DNA of 63,764 bases, filler included, from Hyphochytrium catenoides (taxonomy: Eukaryota > Protista > Hyphochytriomycota), in the NCBI GenBank assembly GCA_900088475.1. It is 16 parts of 16 records of this genome, joined end to end, with 100 filler letters (N's around TTAATTAATTAA, not from the genome) between each part and the next. Parts side by side here need not be neighbours in the genome. Positions count along the whole stretch, not along the records: positions 1 to 21,771 come from FLMG01000772.1; positions 21,872 to 23,900 come from FLMG01000594.1; 14 more parts are not named here. One strand, given 5' to 3'. Position numbers and translations under genes: made by a program. Under the pieces are notes generated by a model. That model made no database searches. It had not been told where the DNA came from and saw only the letters and a program-made list of their open reading frames with translations. Numbering within the stretch: position 1 is the stretch's first letter; every line of letters begins with the position of its first letter. Below are positions 11,480 through 21,978 of the stretch, in pieces.

Positions 11480-14400
11480 CTACGCTCGTCGTGGACGAAA
11501 TCTTGAGGCCGGGTGCCATGCCAAAAGAACGACAATGCTTGAGAGGATTAGCTGAAGCGCCAGGTATGACCTTGTCAGGCCCAAGATATATATCACCCCC
11601 AAAAAAGTAAACAACCTGACTACAGCGAGCAAAGCTAGTCTCCTTGACTCTTTCTCTTGCAATACTCTGCCACGATTTCCTTGTTGCTCTTGCGTTACGG
11701 CGAGATGAAGTTCTTCAATGGCTGCATTAAAGCAGTCCGCCAGCTCTTGAGGGTCGTAGTCCACTCCATCATCCGCACAAACAGCGAGCTTCACTTCACC
11801 AGCATAGGAAATGACAGAAAAAGAGAGAGAGATTCCGCTGCTCACGTGGAAGGATAAATCTTGGACTGTTGCACCACCGAGTTCTCCCTTATATTCTGGC
11901 CCGCGGACATTTGTGAAGATGCATCTGCACAACGTACAGGTCGTCGTTCATTCTACGAATGGATGGCAGGGTGGAAGCGTCTCCAAAATAATAGAAGAAG
12001 AGAACTGGGGAGGAGGAGGAGGCATAGAAAGAAAGAGGAGGGCTCAATATAAGCATGAGGAAACAGGAGACGGACGAAGTCACTTGAATAGTATGGGCGA
12101 GCATACGAAGGAATGGTAAAGAGTGACAATGAAGAAGACGACTAGCAGAAGAAGAAGAAAAGAAGAAGAAGACAACAAGTGTAAGACTTCAAATCTCTTA
12201 TCAACCCACGTGTAGTTCTCCATTGCTGTCTTAGCAAGACGATAAAAGAGCTTTCTGGGAGCTATTCGGACAACCAGTTTATTGTTGAACTGCAGAACCG
12301 CTGCGATAGGGCTCCGCTTGAACTCATCACACCACTGCTTCGCTCTTTGAAGACGCTGTACTGGGCTCATGGCTGCGACAGGCAGGTGGAGGGGCACGTA
12401 GGAAAACTTGTTGCCACCATATGTTTCTGGATCTATGATAGCCACCGAGGGCGGTGTGCAATGGGCCATGTGGTAACAGAAAGGAGGGCAAAAGGCTTAA
12501 GAAGGGCAGCAGTGAGGGAAGGAGAGAAGGAGTAAACAAGGGCAGGAGTGAGCGCGATCAGGGACTCCGGTTTATAAAGGATACAGATACCAACATTAAT
12601 TGACCGAAGCCGAACGGCAAGTATGACAAAATGAGGATAAAGGGGCTTAAAAGGACTATGCGCCAAAGCAGCACTCGGTAGTAGTTGCAGGATCGGATCC
12701 GCCTCTCAGGAGACAGAAGAGAAGATGGCACGGCCTAGAGAAGAAGAAGGAAGAAGGAGAATTTGAAGTCTAGAAAGCAATGATGATGGAGACATTTGTT
12801 GATGCAGCGCTTATTTGGTTCTCGGGTGTCGACCGGAAGGATACATCTCATTGCTAAGTCTTCGAGCAGCACACAACGGTCTTTCTTCTTCTTTAGGAAC
12901 ATATATATGGCTGTGAGCAAGTGGTGTTGGCAGCCAGCATTATTAGGGACGACGGACAAAAACCAAGGCCAGGAGGACGCCAGTCAAGCGAGGGTGGAAG
13001 CCACTTACTTTGCCCAAGAGCAGCCACGAGAACGTCATTAATTGTCCCACAACAGGCATTCTTGATATCCTTTAGCTGGGAGAGAGGAATGGACCTCGAT
13101 CGAGCTATTCTTCTGCGCGGTTGCAACTCTTCCCAGGAACTCTTAAGCTTGCTTTCTGGGTCTTTCCATCCAAGAAGAGCAGAGAGCAGCTCATACCCGG
13201 TCTCCAGGCACAGCCAGAACCTAAGGGCGGGAGAGATAGCAGAAGCGTGACTTTATAAGGATATTCCGTTCCTCTGTGCTACTTACGTCTATCATCGCCG
13301 ATCGTAGAGGAAGGCACGGAGACGAACGAAGAAGAGCAGGAAATGTTTCGCTATCATGGAGGTACTGCCTTATGATCAGGGAGTGGACACCAAAAAGGTT
13401 CATGAACTCGAATTCTGACGATATAGGAAGACGCGGCCATGTGAAATGGGAGATTAGTTAAAGAAGCTCAATGGCTACCGAGAGACGAGTGAAATGGTGG
13501 GCACAGAAGTAGTCAAAGGAGGCAAAAAAGGCGGAACGAGGTGAACCGTATCGCTACCTGAGACCTAATTGCAGCGGGTTTCCCAATTCGCGCAAAAGTA
13601 AGAAGAAGTTTTCTTCTTTCCTAGCAGGGGAGGAGGTAAACCCTTTCTTGCTCTGTTCAACTGTTTGGTCGCCACTAGTAGTGGCGGGATCGAGGCAGTT
13701 CTTTAGGACCTGAACTAAGGATGTGCCGTCCCCAAGAGCGTGATGCATCCTGTAGACGACGCGATGGAATTGGTGAGACACAGAGGGGTCATGGAAGGAG
13801 AGCATAAGAGAGTAACAGTGTAAGCCAGACAGCCAGAGGACTCTGCACTATTTTTAGTAGCTCTGTATTGGTTGATAGAACGATAGCGTCGTCAAACACT
13901 TTGGCGGCAACCCCCACCTTTTCCCGTATGCGCAGTGCAAGTCTCACCTGATTACTAGCATGGCGTTTCCCGAGTCCGCAAGACTTTTGATTGCATACCA
14001 ACGCCAGAGTGGCCGGTCTGAATCAAACTGTTCTGCGAACAGCGCCCCGATGAAGCTGTTCAACTCCTTGACGGTAGAGGGTGAGGGCAATCCGACTTCT
14101 GTCACGTGATAATCAAGATCGACCTACTGGCGGGGAAGCGATCGTGCAACGATTCGAAAGTTGATGAGTATTCTTGGTGATGGGAGGGCGAGGAGGGTGC
14201 GCAAATGGGAAGATAACTGACTGCTGAAGAAAGCTAATCGCATTTTCAAACCTATCTTACCTAGCCAGGTTACCTAACACGTTCTACCGACTAGAGCAAT
14301 ATCATGGAAGAAGGGAAACTACTATCATGAAGCAAAGGCAATGCAGGGGGAAAGAGTGTAATGACGGTAGCCTTGAAGCAGCGAGGACCTCGGTCGAAAA

Positions 14401-14481
14401 GTCCCAAAAGTATGTCGATCCCACCAGCTTCGGAGCTGCTCGAAAACGTTCATACTTGAGAAGTCCGTCGCGGGCAATGGC
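11480..14481 (-). CDS. Wax ester synthase/diacylglycerol acyltransferase (WS/DGAT), multi-exon; N-terminal exon(s) not found
   Basis: Exons 14481..14389, 14123..13948 and 13749..13558 splice to ...VDLDYHVTEVGLPSPSTVKELNSFIGALFAEQFDSDRPLWRWYAIKSLADSGNAMLVIR-MHHALGDG (HHxxxDG active site). Later exons: LSQLKDIKNACCGTINDVLVAAL, GNKFSYVPLHLPV...PVQRLQRAK, FTNVRGP...SVISYAGEVKLAVCAD. A hydrophobic C-terminal tail precedes the TAG at 11480. Confidence 0.9.
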
Positions 14482-14641
14482 CTTACATTGTCCCACCAAG
14501 TAAGTGAGAGCGTCGCAAACAACTACTGGGAAGACTGTGAATAAGGTGAAGCACTCTAAGAGGGTAGGACTTAAAAGGGAAACAAATAGCAACAAGCTTG
14601 TGTGCTTGTCTGGAGGAGAACTCTTTCCGCTGTAGGTTTAG

Positions 14642-17600
14642 CAGTACTTCACGTCGACCCAAACGGATGCTGTTTACTTTCTTCGTCATGCTGACGAGCA
14701 CAGCATTGAGGTCAGTTGCAGTAAAACTCTTCCTCCAGCGCTAGCAGATGTCATTTTGCATCGCCTCAAAAGTTCAAGGGTTCCCACAACGCTCACGCTG
14801 ACAAACTGCAAGGCTATGGTTTTTGCGAAGATGAGACCCATGATCAAAAAGCTTCAAGAGAAGGTTGCGAAGTTCGATGTAGGGGCGACTAACGAAAGTG
14901 TAACAATCGCCAGAGCCGTCATTACATCTGGGGATGACCGCTTGCAGTTCATGGCGGACCTGAAAGCTGCCTTTCCTACTGAGTCCTTTACGTTGAAGCT
15001 CAAGTTCAACGCAAACTATCAACAGCGACAGGAGCTGGGACAACAGTAGTATGAAGAAAAGCTCATCAACGACAGCTATGATCGTGAGAGAGACTACCTC
15101 AGTACCCAGACGGGGCTACCCACCAAGGAGGCTGCGCTGAAGCTTCAGGAAAAGCTGTTGGATGAGTTCAAGCAGGGGTGCAAACAAAAGGCCACTGTTG
15201 AGGTATCATCATTGAGCAAGCAGGCGTCACACCTTCAGGCGATCAGTCTAGAGACGTCTACATGGCTGTCTGCCGTCTTCAAGGTGAGCCGCTGTACCTT
15301 GACACGTCCACGAAGAAGGCATGGAAGTCCAAGCTAAAAGCTTTTGTTGAGCAGGCCGGCGCCCGGGCACTGTCCGAGACCTACATGCCAATTCCCATCT
15401 GAGTATCGCTTCCCTCCAGCACGCAACTGGCATAACTGGGAGGCAATCTTTGATCAGGAGATGAAGCCCCTGATCAAGATCGCGTTAGAGACTGCAGTGC
15501 AGCTCCATGGGACCATCAGGGTCAAGCTTCGACTTGTCTGCTCTACCAGCGAGTTCCTTGAGGGCAAAGAGCTCCTCGTGACATTCTTGTTTCCAGAGCA
15601 GAATATGTTTGAAGTCCAGAGCGACGCGAGGGTGAGACGCTTTCTGATTGAAGCTCATATCTTCTTACAGAACTTCACCATGGACGGCTCTAAGTACCGA
15701 TCATCTCAAGAGCACCTTAAGGATTTCAAGTCCATGCGGCTCGACATACTCAAATGCGGGCGAAGGCCAGCTAAGCCTGCAGGATGCCGCGGGGTAAAGA
15801 AAAGTTTCAGGCCCGGGGTCTACCATCCAGATAACACTACGGACGATCTCTGCTTTTATCGTTCACTTGCCTTGGGAATGAATCCGGACTACGAAAAGCA
15901 GATGAAGAAGGAAGGCAGCTACCTCCAGGAGGCGGTAGCCCGGGACCTCTGTTGCCAAGCAAATGGCTGCGAGGTAACTCTCCTTGTCCAGGACCTACTG
16001 ACTCGGGATGACCCTGTCCTGAGGGATGCCGCTGCGCTTGGTCAAATCGTTAGAGATAGGCTTGCAAAACGAGGAGATAATGTTCGCAAGCCCGGTAGGC
16101 CAGCCAAGACGAACAAGAAGGCGGAGGATCTATCGGAACAGCTCCAGAATCAGCCTCTCAAACCGTCAAAGCATACAGCGGCATGTCAGAGACAAGTTGT
16201 CAATCTACATGAAGACCTTGATGACCTCTGCGCTGCCTTGGGCGTCAACGTGATGGTATTGAGGCTCCTTGACGGCGGTCAAGATTACGAGATCGTCGCA
16301 CATGGCCTCACGGACGATAGCACTTGGGATATCTTCTTACAGTATGAAGACATTAACAAGAATAAGGGTCACGTTTCACTCATTCAGCACCTTCATAACT
16401 TTTCCGCCGTGACAAAGTGCCCGTACTACTGTAACCGAGTATGGGCAAGAGGAAGCAGCAGTGGTCTTTATTATGACAGATCCCCTGATACCTACAGCCG
16501 CCATCTCACTGCCTGTAGCAAAAGATCGTCCCAGGTAGAGCTGACATCATTCCACAAGACGGGCTCTATCAAGTATACCCCCAAGAAACCCCTACTAGAG
16601 AAGCTTTTGAACGGTAAGCAATTCCCCTTTGAAAACTTTATCGCGTTCGACCTAAAGTCCGTTGTGGATCCGATGACAGGCGTCCACGAGATAGCATCGG
16701 TATCCGCGAAGGATGCAAGCGGACAACTGTCAGGCCTTACGTATACTCAAGTGGAGGAAGCTGAACCCTCAGCCCTGCAAGTGCTGGCAAAATGGCTTGT
16801 GGACAACGCTGAGAAGTTGCATCAAAAGATTCAAACGAAGCGCCAGAGCCTCTTATATAGTTTCCGTAAAGGTGTGTGCAGCTGCACGTCGTGTCACTGC
16901 GGAGAATGTCTGGGACTGCGGAAGCATGATGGCTGGAAGATCATCATGCACGCAAAAGGCTGCTCCTATGTAGAGCTTGACAAAGAGCTCGTCCGGGAAG
17001 GTTATACTCACAACAGCTTTACGATTCCAGTTGTCTGGTTTCACTCGGGCTTCTTTAGTCTGAGGGTGTTGCTACCCTATCTCTGCCAATTCGGTAAGGT
17101 AAGCAAGATTATCAAACTCAAGCAGCTCGAGTGGCAGGTATCAACTCCGTCTGGCCAGCTTACGTACACGTTTTGCAATCTGCAGCAACATGGCACCGCG
17201 GATGATGAGAGCCCGGAGGCCTTTGCAAAACGACAAGGGATCAATCCTCAGACACTTCCCTACCCTCATAGGCACATGACCAGTCTAAGTGTATACAAGG
17301 AGGAAAGTCTGCCACTGGACTGTTGGGATTGATCAGAAGATCAGCATGCTGCGCAGCAAGCCTGGGATTCACTTCCTTCGGACAAGACGCTTAAGGCCTA
17401 TACTGAGCTGTGCTTGCGCCGTAGACTTGATCTCATCACTAAAGCCACACAGAGGTACCGAGAGCAAATTATGACCGATCTTGGTATTGAGGCACTCAAT
17501 TATGTATCCATGTTCGCTATCGCCAGAGCCAACAATCGGAAGAACTTTCTGAAAACTGTCTTACCATACATTCCAGACCAGAACGTCTATCAGATGGTGA

Positions 17601-19775
17601 AGGACGCCAACTATGGGGGTCTATGTTACGTCATGAAACACTATGATCGTGCAGATGATGAGCACGCCGTCTTGGCCTTTTGATGCCGTCAACGCGTATG
17701 GTAAAGGCATGCGTCTGCCACTGCTTGTACCATTGCATACCGTCCTTGAGAACGGCGAGGTTCAGGCATGTGACAAGTTCCTCGAGGACACCAATGAGTG
17801 TGACAAGCTGATGACGGCGTTAAACACGGTCAGCAAGACGGAGGCTGGGAAACAATATGCAGAACGCTTCTTACATGACGACGGCTTTGATCCTGTCCGG
17901 GATGACCCTTTTTATGGCGTGCCAGACGGCCTATATCGGTGTGACCTCTTCTATACCGCCGAGCAACTAGAGCGACTCAAAGTATTCTTGCCGCTCTGCT
18001 CACGCCAAGCTGTCGACGCCGAATGTCTAGGAGCTCATGGCAACAAGCTGAAAAAGATGAACTAGAAGGATTGGTCGCAGCAGAAGCTTCTTCTCACCGC
18101 TTACGAGAAGTACGACTACGTGGTCCCATCAACGTCACTCAAGTGGCTTTTAGCAAACGATATGGTTACGGTTCATAGGATCATCTCCGTCTACCCGATG
18201 GAACTTAAGATCGTCTTTCGCGACTATGTCGACCACTACACGAAGCTAAGGCAGAACGCTAAGAATAACATCGCGGCAGAGGTTGACGTGCACGCCTCAG
18301 AAGCCGTTATGAAATTCTCCAAGATGGCAGTGAATGGACTCTTCGGCAGCCAGTTGCTTAATCCAGAGAATTTTAGGAAAGAAGTGCTGATCTTCAATCA
18401 AGAGGACTTTGCCAAGGCGAGCACGGACTTCTGGGTCGACGTCGACCTTCTAGACTCTACCTCCTTTATGCTCTCTACCAAGAAATCCAAGGTCGACATG
18501 CCAACACCACTCTACCTGGGAATCGACATCCTTTGGCATCAGAAGCTCCTCATGCTCGACTTCCTCTACAATTGCTTATTGAAGACCTTCAGTAAGTCAA
18601 ATGAGCTCTCTCTTATCTACACGGACACTGACTGCTTCGTCTTCAAAGTGAAAATGCCTGACGTGGGGAGGTCAACTGAGGAGATGCTCCAGCTGTTCCA
18701 ACAGAGGTTTGACCCTAACGTACGGGAGCGTTACTTCTCCAAGGATGCCAATGACATGACCCCAGGTAAATTCAAGCTTGAGCACCATATTCAAGAAGTT
18801 GTATGCCTGCAACCTAAAGTTCGATCGATGAAGCTGATGTATCCCGACGATAAGGGCCAGGACGAAGTTCGGAAGATGAAGTTTCTGCGCGCCAAGGACA
18901 ACAAAGACTTTACCCATGAGAAGTATGTTGCTGCATGGAAACATAGTCGACGCTTTGTAGGGTCTAATACCATCCACAAGAAGATTGGAGCGGGTGTTCA
19001 AACCGTGACCCAAAGGACGAGCACTGATGCCATGGATAGCAAGAGCTGCTGGCCGTCTTCCAATGAGAGCGCACCGTTAGGCCTATATGAGAACTGTAAG
19101 CATCAATGCAGCGAATCTACTGGCTGCACTCATGTAGATGAGCGTTATTGCTACAGTTGTCAGTTTAGAGTGACTGATCCAGTGACTGAGTGTAAGTCAT
19201 GCGGGCTAACACGATGCTTGCCTTGTCACGAAAGAGTCAATCGCCACCGAGGGAACAAAATGCGCGGTGCAAGCACGAAAGGTCGTTTGATGACATGTGC
19301 AGACTGTGGGCTGACGAAGAGTGATCCCTGCCAAGCTGAAATTAGAAAGGTCTTTGTATGCGGCCATAGTAGCTGTGACGAGAGCTGCGGTGGTCGAGTC
19401 CGAAGACCTGCATGGTCTCCTCAGCGCGCTCTGCAGAACATGTACCAGAACTGGTGCAAGAGTATCTATACTGTCAAGCGCCACATAAAGGACTTTAGCC
19501 TCGGCGTCAGGGAGGTCCGCTCTATTACAACCAAACAGGCATTTGAGAGGCGGCTACTGGAGTTGTTAACGAAGAAACGGGAGTTCAGCCTTATGAACTA
19601 TGGTCCTGTGTGGAATCTTGAGCATCTGCTTCCCCGAGACACCTTATGGGCCACTCAAGTGGCTGACCAGCTAGCCACTGCCGGCATGATTTGGCAGGTT
19701 GACAATCTAGACGTACTCACAGTGGAGGAGAACGCTAGAGCAGGCGGGACATCGCGAAAGAGTAAGAAGTCGTAG
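14642..19775 (+). pseudogene. Protein-primed family B DNA polymerase (Polinton/adintovirus type) with N-terminal OTU-like module and C-terminal Zn-cluster + HNH fusion; disrupted
   Basis: ORFs 14756.., 15344..17332, 17414..17683, 17643..18065 and 18120..19775 are pieces of one gene: in-frame stops TAG 15047, TGA 17330, TAG 18063; a +1 frameshift in TTTT 17678..17681; probable further lesions ~15200-15400. Motifs: DANYGGLCYV, motif A (AF)DAVNAYGKGMRLPL, motif B KMAVNGLFG (18321), motif C YTDTDC (18618), PLYLGIDILWHQKLLM, PGKFKLE, EVVCLQPK. Confidence 0.9.
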
Positions 19776-19839
19776 CTGATGCCGGTTTCTCCTTTTTTTT
19801 TCCGCAGAATATATAAGGAAACTGTAAGTCTAAATTGCT

Positions 19840-20244
19840 ATGGAGGTTCTCAAGTATTCAGATGACGACAGCGACAGAGGTGACGCTTGGTGGAATGAGC
19901 GCTACAATTACCTTATGGATAGAATCCCACCGAGCGTCAGGGCTCATTTGAAGGCACGTATAATGAACACCCGCATTCGTGGCCGGAAGTTTGAGCTTGA
20001 TGAGATCAGTGTCGCCTTTGCTATGTTTTTAGAAGACCAAGTCGAGAGCTATGAACGGAAAAAAGAGTCCCTCGCCATTAACAACAAGATTGTTAGAGAC
20101 CGCATGGACGGCCTGCATGCTACCATTCGAGACCTAGAGAAGAAGCTCGAAGACTGTAAGAAAGTCATTCAGCGGCAACATAGGCTCATCGAGTCATTCA
20201 GAGGAAAAGGGGACTCTAAGGACCATCGCGAGCGGAGGAGGTGA
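19840..20244 (+). CDS. Orphan 134-aa protein with a C-terminal coiled coil (element gene)
   Basis: Intact ATG-TGA ORF preceded by AATATATAAGG (~19808); heptad-like IVRDRMDGLHATIRDLEKKLEDCKKVIQRQHRLI. Confidence 0.65.
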   Translation: MEVLKYSDDDSDRGDAWWNERYNYLMDRIPPSVRAHLKARIMNTRIRGRKFELDEISVAFAMFLEDQVESYERKKESLAINNKIVRDRMDGLHATIRDLEKKLEDCKKVIQRQHRLIESFRGKGDSKDHRERRR

Positions 20245-20674
20245 GCTGGCAATGCTTTGCACAGTACGCTTTATATTGTTTCTCGAAGGCTTGACGGAGG
20301 CGGATATCACGGAAGTGACAGAAGTCATCCATAGACATACGCCCAGTGCAAACCAGTTCACTTGCGAGCGGGAGTACATTTTCATAGCACAGTGTTTTTT
20401 TCTTTCTGCCACATGGCAGGTGCCACACTTTTTCTTTGTCGATGGCTTGCAGTAAAAGCATCACTGAGGTACGACCCATTTTGTACTTGGTGGCAAGCTG
20501 GAAGATCGTCATACCTCCCCTGCGATCTGCCAATAGTGCATTGAATTGGCCTTTCTCCTTCTTTGACAAGAGCCGATCGACACGAGCTAGCATTTTATCC
20601 CTAGGTGGGGGGTCGCATTTGCCTTTTGCAGGGAAAGCCTCACGGCACTCGTTATTCTTGGTCACTAGAGTCAT
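20216..20674 (-). CDS. Orphan 152-aa protein with a putative helix-turn-helix and Cys pairs (element gene)
   Basis: Intact ORF. RRGGMTIFQLATKYKMGRTSVMLLL fits an HTH pattern; C-terminal PCG..LC..VC..FC..YCAKHC. Its 3' end overlaps the convergent 19840..20244 ORF. Confidence 0.6.
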   Translation of the reverse strand: MTLVTKNNECREAFPAKGKCDPPPRDKMLARVDRLLSKKEKGQFNALLADRRGGMTIFQLATKYKMGRTSVMLLLQAIDKEKVWHLPCGRKKKTLCYENVLPLASELVCTGRMSMDDFCHFRDIRLRQAFEKQYKAYCAKHCQLTSSARDGP

Positions 20675-20783
20675 ATCTTCGTCTCGTTGGTCAATTATTT
20701 ATATCCCAGAAGAAAGATCACTGAGGATATATATTGAACAGAGGTAACAAAACTCTAAATTAAGAAAGACGAAAAACGTGAAA
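20675..20783. promoter_or_regulatory. Putative divergent AT-rich promoter between two element ORFs
   Basis: 109-bp spacer between divergent ATGs with TATA-like tracts on both strands (TTATTTATATCC; GGATATATATTG). Confidence 0.35.
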
Positions 20784-21614
20784 ATGACTACGCGCAGACT
20801 GAGGAAGGAGTTGCCTCCTGTTCAGGGTGACATACTGCCCGATGTCAAAGCAAAAAGCACGGCCACAGTCAAAAGTGCACCACCCATTTTGGGACCTGAT
20901 GACCCTGGGCTTATCGATTTTGCCACGAAAAGTGAGATGGAAAAGGGACTCGGTCGCCGATTCAGTCGGCTTTACAGTGAGGCCTCTGATCTAGCAGGTG
21001 ACGAGCCTGTCAACGTAAAGCACCTGCGCGATGTCGCCAAAGCGAGTGACGACTACATACATGCACTCCAGGGAGCCACCGTCAAAGGTAGAAGGCTTTT
21101 CGACATCCTGTTTGAGAGATACCAGGAATGGTATGCGAAGAGGACTACACCTCCAAGTGAGGAGCAAACGACAAGAAGGAAACAGCTGAGCAAAATGCTT
21201 TCTAATGTAAATAAGCAGTATACTGGTTGCGTCTACCGAGAAGTAGAGAAGCAGAACCCGGAGATTCTCAGCCAGTGCGTTGTTAACTACGATGATCCTG
21301 AAGAGAAATATGAGAGGTACTCCCTGACGCCCCGGGTTCAGCTTGGTGAAGTATCCTATCTGAAAGAATTGGACCAGGGTCGTCGGCAAAGAGCCTCAGT
21401 TCTAAAACCTACTTCTATGAAGCATCTACCTGCCGCACTGAGAGACTATCTAGAGTCTAGCGTGGATGAATATCATGGCTATGAAAAGGAGCTAAAAACG
21501 ATGAGGAAGTATCTCACCCAGGTTCGCGAGAATCATCATAAAGAGCTGGCTTCAAATAGGAGCGTCAAACGACGATTCAGTTCCAGCTCTAGCATTACTG
21601 ATTATTTAGAGTAA
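20784..21614 (+). CDS. Orphan ~276-aa charged, probably helical protein (element gene)
   Basis: Intact intronless ORF from ATG 20784; no family recognised. Confidence 0.7.
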   Translation: MTTRRLRKELPPVQGDILPDVKAKSTATVKSAPPILGPDDPGLIDFATKSEMEKGLGRRFSRLYSEASDLAGDEPVNVKHLRDVAKASDDYIHALQGATVKGRRLFDILFERYQEWYAKRTTPPSEEQTTRRKQLSKMLSNVNKQYTGCVYREVEKQNPEILSQCVVNYDDPEEKYERYSLTPRVQLGEVSYLKELDQGRRQRASVLKPTSMKHLPAALRDYLESSVDEYHGYEKELKTMRKYLTQVRENHHKELASNRSVKRRFSSSSSITDYLE

Positions 21615-21771
21615 GTTAGCATACCAACTCCACTTTTCCTTTGTTGAAGATTCCTTGGCCGTTACAGAAAACCATATCATTAGTTCTTTTTTTGATTTCA
21701 AGGTATAGATCTCTCTGTCAATTTTGTTACGGACAAGGCGCTCTATCATAGATAAAGCCCCTTACCGCAAC

Positions 21772-21871
21772 NNNNNNNNNNNNNNNNNNNNNNNNNNNNN
21801 NNNNNNNNNNNNNNNTTAATTAATTAANNNNNNNNNNNNNNNNNNNNNNNNNNNNNNNNNNNNNNNNNNNN
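21772..21871. other. Artificial contig linker N44-TTAATTAATTAA-N44 (first of 15)
   Basis: Same 100-nt linker starts at 21772, 23901, 34006, 35769, 38536, 40074, 41680, 45304, 46643, 48101, 51828, 57472, 58745, 60713 and 62361; the core has stops in all six frames. Confidence 0.98.
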
Positions 21872-21947
21872 AGAAAAGAGAGAGAGAATAAGTGGAGAGG
21901 AAAAGGGAGAGAGAGAGAGAAGAGAGAGAGAGGGAAGAGAGACACAC

Positions 21948-21978
<31 letters not shown>

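Larger units (their letters stand above)
14640..21771. mobile_element. Polinton/Maverick-like (pPolB-encoding) endogenous element, truncated by the contig end
   Basis: Intronless, microsatellite-free, densely packed ORFs with short AT-rich spacers, unlike host genes; encodes pPolB. No TIR, integrase, capsid or packaging ATPase recognised in the visible part. Left boundary is approximate. Confidence 0.8.

Noticed and set aside
15047-18065. Stop-codon reassignment or programmed read-through in the polymerase
   Set aside because: Host genes terminate at TAG/TAA, different stop types occur, and frameshifts are also present; decay or sequencing error is simpler.
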